DNA of 59,959 nt, filler included, from Basidiobolus ranarum (Eukaryota): the NCBI GenBank assembly GCA_040143965.1. It is 5 parts of 5 records of this genome, joined end to end, with 100 filler letters (N's around TTAATTAATTAA, not from the genome) between each part and the next. Parts side by side here need not be neighbours in the genome. Positions count along the whole stretch, not along the records: positions 48,076 to 59,959 come from JASJQH010007456.1; 4 more parts are not named here. One strand, written 5' to 3'. Below are positions 50,397-59,959 of this stretch, piece by piece. Made by a program: the position numbers and the translations under genes. The number at the start of each line of letters is the position of its first letter. Position 1 is the first letter of the stretch. A model generated the notes under the pieces. The model saw nothing but the letters and a program-made list of their open reading frames with translations. It was not told the DNA's origin and made no database searches.

Positions 50397-51395
50397 CTAA
50401 GCATGAACCAGTGTTCCAATATCCTTAGTATCAATGAGATATTTGACCTCCTCTTCAAGGGTTTCATAGACATTTGGACCGCTAGGCTTCCAGCCAATTC
50501 TTTTGGATCGGTTTGCAACGGCCTTGCTATCTGCCACAAAGCCGATGGAAAACCCATCACCGCCTAGGTACTCATCCACATAGCGTTTCTCAAATTTCAA
50601 GAGCTCGGTACTCTCTACCAACCCGAATTTGTGCAGTACCGAAGCGAGTGACTCTCCAATTTTATACCAAGTGTGCTCTGATTGTGTAGCGAAGTACCAA
50701 CCTCCCTCTTTTCCATGATCAATGTTCCCAGCTAAGAGGCCTTCAAGTAGCAGTATATACAAATCGGTTACATCGCGAATATTTACGTTACCCCAAGTGA
50801 CATCCTTGCGATCGCCAACATAGCCAACCCTTTTTCTTCGTACTGATGCTTTAGCTAGACCAATGACTTGTTGAGAGACTTTCTTAAACGGTCCATCTCC
50901 AATACCATTAACGGTTGAGGGAGCGATGATGGCTGCTGTTATATCCTCCGCATTTTCAAAAATCCAGCTGTCAATTTCTTTGTGAAGTGACCTAAGGGGA
51001 ATTGCATGGATCCTGGTAATGTCTTCATCATCGAATGGAATGGTAGTAATAGGGTCGTATGTAAGTACTCCAGTGCCAGAGGTGTGAAGCAATACTGCCT
51101 TATTGTTGTTCTTAGCCTTTAAGCCGCGGACGATTGCTTGAGCTGAGGGAAGATGGTCTGAATCTGCCGCATTGATGACTGCATCAGCTGCTTTAGATGC
51201 TTCAAAGAGAATTTCCGCATCATCCAAGCTACCAAGAACTGGAGTAACTCCCAACTTCTTTAAGGTTTCTCCCTGCTCCTTCTTCCTGACAAGGGCAGAA
51301 ATTTCATATCTTTCTGGGGACTGTAGTAGACGTGTTAACACAGACCCTCCTATGTAGCCAGTGCTGCCAGTGAGAAATATTTTTACTGGGCTCAT
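50397..51395 (-). CDS. Atypical/extended SDR, NAD(P)-dependent epimerase/dehydratase family (intronless)
   Basis: KIFLTGSTGYIGGSVL Rossmann motif, then GSLDD, ADAVINAA, LLHTSGTGVL and WGNVNIRDVTDLY. Confidence 0.88.
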   Translation of the reverse strand: MSPVKIFLTGSTGYIGGSVLTRLLQSPERYEISALVRKKEQGETLKKLGVTPVLGSLDDAEILFEASKAADAVINAADSDHLPSAQAIVRGLKAKNNNKAVLLHTSGTGVLTYDPITTIPFDDEDITRIHAIPLRSLHKEIDSWIFENAEDITAAIIAPSTVNGIGDGPFKKVSQQVIGLAKASVRRKRVGYVGDRKDVTWGNVNIRDVTDLYILLLEGLLAGNIDHGKEGGWYFATQSEHTWYKIGESLASVLHKFGLVESTELLKFEKRYVDEYLGGDGFSIGFVADSKAVANRSKRIGWKPSGPNVYETLEEEVKYLIDTKDIGTLVHA

Positions 51396-54300
51396 GTTAT
51401 ATAAATCTGTTAATGGTGTTTGTTAGAAAGTAGAGTTGAATATCGTTCCATGCATTTTCTCTCTTTATTAAATACTAAAAATATTTAAGAATAAATGAGC
51501 GTAGATTTTGTAGATAACATGGTAAAGACATTGACTGAATAACTCCAATCTTTGGATTAGTCATCAAATTGTTCGACCCCATCATTATGCTCTAGTATGG
51601 CGAAGTGATTATTAATGTTGATAATGACTTCTAAGATCAACTAATTCGCATGTGCTATTTTTCATTATCTAATGTTGAGGTGATTCTCAATAGTTTCTAC
51701 GATAAGGGAGAACCTCCTGTAACATTTCATGGTGGACAGTTTTTATCTACAGAGGATCCTTGCGATAAACAACTGTCAGATGGAATATGGGATATAGCCA
51801 TCAAATTAAAGAAGGATTTCCTCTTGGTTATCTGTATAGAAATGGAATTACATATGGTATAGAAAAGACGGTCACTATTTTGAAGGAATAGCGATGGCGC
51901 CATCAATACTGGTAGTAAGCTGAGTAGGCAAAACGGTGATTACAAATAGCAGTCCCCTGCAATACATCTTGTTGATGAAACCTCCAATGAGATGCTTGGT
52001 AAAATGTTGAAATTCTTTGAATTATCCTCTGAATGATGACAGTCCTCGTTTTCATCTCCAACCTTATGGATCAAGGCATTATGATACCTTAGATGATTGA
52101 AACCACGCCTTCCTTCTAAAACTACACACAATTTTCGGCCATAGACTAGCATAGTTAAATCTGGAAGAATGTAGAGGCTCAGATAGTACTATTTCAAACC
52201 CAGAAAGAAGTACTAGAGGAAAGATAATAAATGTAGATAGCAAAAGGTTGATAGTTTGAGTACAATTTGATTTGCAGCCTATTTCCATTTTCACTGATAA
52301 CTCGCCACGAAATGAATTGTATATGTCAATTTCACATCATCCATCTGGTTTGACCATTTTAAGCTAACCTTCATCCAAACACTACTTTCATTCATGCATT
52401 ACTATGAGTGTTGAAACCAAATTGAGTATCACTTGTCAGTGGTACCTGAGATCACAACCTCATATTGATTTCTTGTCAAGTAGATTTCATGTGCTTTAAG
52501 AAGTTATAAACAGTTGGCTTAACTGAGAGAATAAACCTCACTGAATCTGAGAAAGTTATTAGCATATGCCACTGTTCAGTCATTCATCTTTGTAGAGTTG
52601 TAGCCTCAATATTTAGCTCAGATAGGATTCAGCAATAAATGATCTTACTCGTTACTTACTGTGAGGTTTGGTTAGTAGACTGCCATTAAAGTATCGGCAT
52701 GTGTCTTCTCAACATCAGGTTCAAAACATACAGTAGGAGTTCTCTGTTGAAATTTGTACATACCACGTAGTGAACTATCTAAGAGAATCCAAATTCATCA
52801 GCAAAATGCTTTTGGCAAAAATGATTGGTCATGCGTACGGAAACTGTCTATGCTAGTACAGGTGTAAAATTTTGACAACTCCTTGTGTATAGCACCGAGA
52901 GTGCAAGAATTGACAGCTTTTTTATGCCCAATAGGATCTTAGAGATACTTACTAACTAGCTTTACTTCTCTATGGTTGTCAGAAACTGGTAGAAGAAATA
53001 CGTAACGGTTGAGATCTCTGTGGATTAGTATGAGGACATTACGATACTAGATTTGACATTTTTCCATTTTAGGCCACTGCTTCACCAATAAGGTAGCACA
53101 TAATATCGACGTTTGTGATAAGCTCTCCTTATTTGACCAAGGCTCCGATCTCACCCTAGCATCTCAAATACAACAATCTAAATCAATATACTAGCAGCTC
53201 AGAATGTGCCGTTGTATCACTCTCTGCACATATACGTTCATATTGGGACTTACAATGGAGTAACCAATAAAGTCAATCTATATCTCTTTGTGCTACTCTT
53301 TACTCTAAAACCATAAACATCATTCACCATTCTGGTGAGATGGCAGAGAGCCATTTGATAACTAGAGGGTAAATGTCAAGGAACCATTCAATTTCATTTC
53401 ACTTGGTTAGTGATATAATACGGATACCATATATGGTACAATATTCTCACCGTATCATCAATTACTCCGATAACGAATTGAACCAGACTGGTTGTTGGAT
53501 ATTTACGGTACACGCTGTGGTGGATAAGCGGTATCATTTGGTAATGTACGACGAGTAGGAGCGTAGAATACCTCCTCTGTAATAGGATAGTGTTGCATAG
53601 TGGCCTTTCACCAGAAGTAAAGAGCAAGTAGCACTGACTGCAACTTATTAGCACTTTTACGAAATTAGTACTCTCCATTATATTGACAGCTATACTCATA
53701 CGATCCCAGGAGACTTATGTAGCACTTCCTAGGCAAGATCTCCAACTCGTGTGAGGTTCCAATGTACACCTCCAGATTTTACTGATACAGAGGAAGACTT
53801 ACGTTTAATACATGTAATCCAGTCCAGATTTTAATACAAGTCTTCTGATACAACAAGAAGCTAACCACTTCGAGTACATCCTCAGTCTTTATCTGGTTTG
53901 TCGAAAGAAAGCATGATAAAATCCACATTGTTGCACTTTTCACATTATCAGACATTATACTTCAGGAAGCTGACGTCAAACCCCCTCCCCCCAGTGCTAC
54001 ACAAAAGGAATTGGAAGCCGTAACTCAGCGACGAAGTGATAGGTTAACGATGATTCTCAAGGGGAGTGTATAATTATAAGATATTCCTATATTTGATGCA
54101 TAGATTAGAGGATCTTGTTACTTGCAGAGTGACTTCTCTATTAGGGCAAAACACTTGATTAGGGGAGAATTTTTCGGAAAGCTGTAGTATCTAGAACTGA
54201 CAGGAAATCCTCAGATCAACAGATATACTCGGCCTGATAGCCAGATATGTAGTGGGACAGGTTATTGGAAGTCGAGGCGGGGTGCTCTAGGAAATTGATC

Positions 54301-56052
54301 AATTCGGTCGATGTTCGTTCATGTCGATCACTTCTCAATAGTAATATCCATCAAAATTGGCATCCAAGCCACTTCACCAACATAGAAGGTCTGGAGTCAA
54401 AAGAAATGGCTCGTCTTTACTAGTATATGATACCTACTCCCCATCTTTAGTATAGTCAGCTCAAGTCCCTCTGGATCAGGCTTTTCGGCTCGGTAACCCC
54501 GTTTCTTCACTAACGTTTGTGGGGAAGATCTCTCACAAGTCATCAGCAAGATACGGCTATGTTTATCAAATGAATCTATTACTTAAAGTACGCTCAGTAT
54601 TGAAGATGATTGAATATGTACCGGGTAGATAGATAGTAAATTAGTGGTGGCTTGTGAGATTACAACAGCCAACTTGACCACTCAATCTCATCTAGTGCTA
54701 CCAGCGTAGATACGAAAGCAAATCAAATTTTCGGGCTGAATATTTGGGGATTGTGATCTTTTCGTCACTTTATGATTTTCATTCTGACCTCTCCACAGCC
54801 AATCAGCGAACGGGTAGGAATATGGAGTACTAATAGGAGCTGAGATGAATTAATCACACGACTCACACGACCACCTACACATCCTCCATTGGCCAGAGTA
54901 ACTCCGGAATTCGGATGAACTGGATTTGGATGGGTTACAGCAAGAAAGGCCATGGATTGCTACGTTGATGGAATTCAAACTTACCCAATAGTCACACCCG
55001 TTTGGAGCTAATCTTATTTCTTGCAGAGAATGTGATCTATTCTGTCCCCATTGAAATCACTCTTGTGCTACCTACTTCTGCCTAAATTTTTGCCAGTAGT
55101 GTTGGCTATGATGAATCCAAGCTGAGAAACACCTAGCCCTACAGGGTATGGAGGTTTTGGATTCTCGTGCTAGTTCAAGATAACGCCGTAGAGGTCGATA
55201 GCGGATGCAAAGATTCCCTTGATAACCCTCCACGGTGACTTGATAGGATTGGTGGCAGATAGACCTCAATGCTGACAGCGCCCTATCCTTGGTTGCTATC
55301 TGCTACCTGTATGAGCCAAGCGATTTGCATCAGGTGTAAACCCTCACCCACGCATTAAGAGCAGACATGTTTTGCATGGAAGGTTGTAGAACGCTTGCCC
55401 CAGTATTTCTGTATCATAGAGTAACTAGTTTAAGGATATAATATAAATCTTACTGAATTACTTCCCGGAAATCAGATTTCTGATAGTAAACCACTTGGGG
55501 ATTTCTGATTCGAGAAGAGATTTCCCCTCTATTTTCGCTTTAATTACTGAAGATTTCGAATCCGAAAATAATGTCACTTTGCTTCCAAGTTCATCATAAT
55601 CCTAGTAGATAGGTAAATTTCTGCACTATACCGAGTGGGCCAATATCATAGGCTGATCCATACATGCGACCGAGATTCCCGCACATTGATTGGATAGTAT
55701 GTTAACCTTACCAAATCTGATTTAGGAAAGCCACTACATACAAGTGGGCATTGCAACAGGTAGTAGGTCCACCGAGTAGCGCAAATCTAGGATATAAGAA
55801 CCCCAACCCATTCCTTCAGTTTCTTCACAACGGTTCCCCGCGGCCGAATATCTGATCTCTTCACACTCTCTTACTCTCTACTATTTCCGTTATCGGAGAA
55901 AAGTACAGGCAACTACAAGCTTATTGTACATAACCAATTGCTGTCAATTTCCATTTGCATTCTTCTCTACACTTCATTTTCCGCTGCATTCGTATTTCTC
56001 TTTCGAGTAAATCATTGATCACTTTAAATAGGTCCTAATTCTATTATTCAAC

Positions 56053-59000
56053 ATGAGCAACGTCCAAGACTTCATTGGTAAGTCCCTGTTCCTTAATACG
56101 ATGTCTCCGTGGAAACTCTATAATTAACTCTATCTTTCTTTTTAGGTGGAAACACTTTGGAAACTGCCCCACCTAGCGCCGTAAGAGACTTTGTCGAAAA
56201 GTCAGGTGGCCATACAGTCATCACCAAGGTTTTGATTGCCAACAACGGTATCGCAGCCGTTAAAGAGATCCGTTCAGTGAGAAAGTGGGCTTATGAAACA
56301 TTCGGTAATGAGCGCGCTATTGAATTCACTGTTATGGCTACTCCTGAGGATCTAAAGGTGAATGCCGAGTACATTCGTATGGCCGACCAATATGTCGAAG
56401 TTCCTGGAGGAACAAACAACAATAACTACGCCAATGTGGATTTGATTATTGATATCGCTGAACGTACTGGAGTTCACGCTATATGGGCTGGTTGGGGTCA
56501 CGCCTCCGAGAACCCAAGACTTCCCGAACTTCTTCGTGAAAGTAAAAACAAGGCTGTCTTTATCGGTCCTCCTGGGTCAGCCATGAGATCTTTGGGTGAC
56601 AAGATTTCCTCTACCATTGTCGCACAGTCTGCTAATGTTCCCACATTGGGATGGAGTGGTAATGGTTTGTCAGAAACTATGACAACAGAACAAGGTTTTC
56701 TCAGTGTTCCTGATGAGGAGTACCAGAAGGCGTGTGTTACCTCTGCTGAACAAGGTTTAGAAATGGCGAGGGAAATTGGTTACCCAATTATGATTAAGGC
56801 CTCTGAAGGTGGTGGTGGTAAGGGTATTAGAAAGGTTGAGTCTGATGAGGCCTTTTCCCAAGCTTACCATCAAGTCCAGGGTGAGGTACCTGGATCACCC
56901 GTTTTTCTTATGAAACTTGCTGGTAATTCCAGACATCTTGAAGTTCAATTGTTGGCTGATCAATATGGTAATGCCATCTCTCTTTTCGGAAGAGATTGTT
57001 CAGTACAGCGTCGTCATCAGAAGATTATTGAAGAAGCCCCAGTTACTATTGCTAAGCCCGATACCTTCGAAGAAATGGAAAAAGCTGCTGTTCGTTTGGC
57101 CAAGCTTGTCGGCTATGTCAGTGCCGGTACTGTCGAATACCTTTATAGCCATACTGATGAGCGCTTCTATTTCCTCGAATTAAACCCTAGACTACAAGTG
57201 GAGCATCCTACCACTGAAATGGTCTCTGGTGTCAATCTTCCATCCGCCCAGCTCCAAATTGCTATGGGTATTCCTCTTCATAGAATTCGTGATATTCGTC
57301 TACTCTATGGATTAGCTCCAAATGGTAACTCAGAAATCGATTTCGATTTTGAAAAGCAAGAATCATATGAAACTCAGCGTAAACCTGCCGCTAAAGGTCA
57401 CGTTATTGCTGTCCGTATTACCGCTGAGAATCCCGATGCTGGATTCAAGCCCAGTGGTGGTATGATGGAGGAGCTTAACTTCAGAAGTAGCACTAATGTA
57501 TGGGGATATTTCTCTCTCAGCTCAGCTGGAGGTCTTCACGAGTTTGCCGACTCTCAATTTGGACATATTTTCTCATATGGCCAAGATCGTCAACAAGCTC
57601 GTAAGAACATGGTTGTTGCTTTGAAAGAAATGTCTATCCGTGGTGAATTCCGTACTACAGTAGAATATTTGATCAAGCTACTTGAAACTGAGGCATTTGA
57701 GCATAATACTGTTAATACTGGATGGCTCGATACCTTGATTTCCAAGAAATTAACGGCAGAAAGACCACCTACTACGTTGGCCATCATTTGCGGTGCTGTT
57801 TATAAGGCACATTCTCAATCTGAAGAGAAGATTCAAGAATTTACACGCTCTCTTGAGAGAGGTCAAGTTTTAGGTAAGGATACCTTACGCTCCGCTTTTA
57901 CCGTGGACTTTATCTTGGAAGGAGTTCGCTACAAATTCACTGCCACTCGTATTTCTCACGACGCCTATGCTCTGTACATCAATGGATCCAAGACCGAGGT
58001 CTCTGTTCGTTCTCTAACTGATGGTGGACTTCTTGTGCTTCTTGATGGCAAGAGTCATACTATTTATACCAAGGAGGAGGTCCAAGCTACTCGTATGATG
58101 GTTGATGGAAAGACTTGCCTGCTAGAGCAGGAAAATGACCCTACTCAATTGAGATCTCCATCTCCAGGAAAATTAGTTCGTTATTTGGTCGAACCAGGAG
58201 GTCACATCAAATCTGGCGATGCTTATGCCGAAATCGAAGTTATGAAGATGTACATGCCATTGGTTGCCACTGAAGACGGTGTTGTTCAATTTATCAAACA
58301 GCCCGGAAGTACCCTTGGCTCCGGAGATATCATTGGTATCTTAACTTTGGATGACCCTAGCCTCGTTCGTCACGCTAAGTTATTCGAAGGTCAAATACCC
58401 CCAATGGGCCCTCCATTGCACCATGGAGAGAAGGTCCATCAACAATTCCGTGAAACCAAGAACTCTCTTGAACTCATCTTAGATGGTTACGATAGTCAAG
58501 GCCCCATTCAGAATACTATTAAGCAGCTACTTGAGCATCTTCAAGATAAAGAACTAGCCTTCCTTCAGCTCCAAGAAGTAATGTCTGCGTTATCTGGACG
58601 TATGCCTGCTAAACTTGAGTCCGATCTTTATCTTGTTTTAGACCAAGCTCAAAAGAGTAACTCTGCTTTCCCAGCTACTAAGCTTAACGAGCTTATTGAA
58701 AGCTACTGTCGTCACTTGAAGCCATCGGAAGTTGCTGCATTCAAAGCATCCATCGCTCCAATCGTGGATGTAGTTACCTCATTCATGGGTGGTCCCACTA
58801 CATACCAGAGACATATTATTTACCAATTGTTGAACAAGTATTATTCTACTGAAGTCATCTTCAATGATGACACCAAACGTGAAGAAGAAGTTATACTCAA
58901 CTTACGTGATAGTCATAAGGATGACCTGAACACCATCGTTAATTTGGTCCAATCTCATTGGAGAGTTGCTGGTAAAAACAACTTGGCTCTTGCTTTACTT

Positions 59001-59959
59001 GAGGAGATTCGCCCTCATGGAGTTGGTGGCACTTTGGACAAATGCTTTTCTTCCATTTTGAAAAATTTGTCTGAACTTAACAGTCGTCATACTGCTAAGG
59101 TTGCCCTTCGTGCAAAAGAAATGTTGATCCAGACACAACTTCCATCCTATGAAGAGCGTATGGTTCAAATGGAGCGTATTCTCAAGAGTGCCGTCACTGA
59201 CACCATCTATGGTGTTGGAGAAGAGGAATATCGCACACCTAGTTACGATTCCATCAAGGATCTTATTGTAACCAACTACTTTATGTTTGATGTCCTTCAA
59301 AATTTCTTCTACCATGAGAACATCTGGATCTCTCTTGCTGCCCTAGAAGTTTACTGCAGACGTTCTTACCATGCTTACGATATTTACGATACAGTGTATC
59401 ACACCGAACAAACTCCATTTATCTTTGAGTGGAACTTCGAACTCCACAATACCTCTCGTACTGGCTCTCTAGGACGCAATCTATCATCACAACGCATCTT
59501 GAGTATTTCTGATATGAGCTTCATGCAAAACACTGTTGGCGATGAGCCAATCCGTCGGGGTGCTATGGGTGCTTTCCAAACTTTAGAAGAGCTTGAAGCA
59601 CATTTCGACCGTGTTCTCTCTGTGTTCTCTTTGGTAGAATCCGAGAATGTTGCACCTAGAAATATCTTGAATTTGGCATTGAATGTTCCCCTCTCAGAGG
59701 AATTCCGTGATCAAGTTTGGGTTCAACGTCTTCAAGAATTCTTACAATCTGGTTCCGAGAAACTTCGTGCCCGCGGAATTCGTCGTGTTACTTTCCTATT
59801 AAACCGAGAGGGCTCTACCCCCGCTTTCTTCACCTTCCGTGAGAAGAATAATTACGCCGAGGATCAGACTATTCGTCATATTGAGCCAGCTTTAGCTTAC
59901 CAATTGGAACTTAATCGTCTTTCCAACTTTTATATTAACCCTTGATTCAGTGAGAATCT
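56053..59959 (+). CDS. ACC1: Acetyl-CoA carboxylase (BC, BCCP and central domains); the CT domain lies beyond the contig end
   Basis: Exon 1 56053-56077 (MSNVQDFI), intron 56078-56145, then [39 protein letters not shown], the biotin motif EVMKM and [18 protein letters not shown] at 59943 lies 14 nt from the contig end. Confidence 0.97.

Noticed and set aside
59930..59959. ACC1 as a naturally split or short enzyme, or TGA as selenocysteine
   Set aside because: The TGA is 14 nt from the contig end among other odd residues (FYINP versus the usual FDIKP), homology continues past it, and no SECIS can be assessed. End-of-contig error is more likely.
37924..59959. Lipid-metabolism gene cluster (ACOX, Nem1-like phosphatase, SDR, ACC1)
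   Set aside because: The genes lie on two unlinked contigs separated by a linker and are interspersed with unrelated housekeeping genes.

Overview
Intron-rich eukaryotic DNA from a fungus, most consistent with an early-diverging lineage (Zoopagomycota/Mucoromycota-like, e.g. Basidiobolus; inferred from protein similarity and short dense introns, not proven). The window is not one locus. It is five unlinked contigs of about 11.9 kb in descending length (1-11951, 12052-23972, 24073-35984, 36085-47975, 48076-59959), joined by artificial N44-TTAATTAATTAA-N44 linkers. Genes: MED21/SRB7, a REEP/Yop1 protein, a DUF229 membrane protein, RPS15 (3' part), a YHM2-like mitochondrial carrier, a Mei2-like RRM protein, a SNF2/STH1 remodeller (truncated), two tandem GSTFuA-like glutathione transferases plus a deleted third copy, an ARN/SIT-like MFS transporter, acyl-CoA oxidase, TAP42, an EDEM/Mnl1 mannosidase, a Nem1/CTDNEP1-like phosphatase, RPS1/S3a (3' part), an atypical SDR and ACC1 (truncated). 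Mobile DNA: one ~350-bp Ty1/copia LTR family (nine copies or fragments, often nested), decayed copia pol, and two ends of a probable DNA transposon family, one with KDZ-like relics. Best leads: five ATCWGATAA iron-GATA boxes upstream of the transporter; single in-frame stops in three otherwise intact genes, each one C>A change from a plausible codon; near-total CpG loss confined to transposons; and the apparently uncharacterised transposon termini. I found no single, clearly novel multi-gene system.
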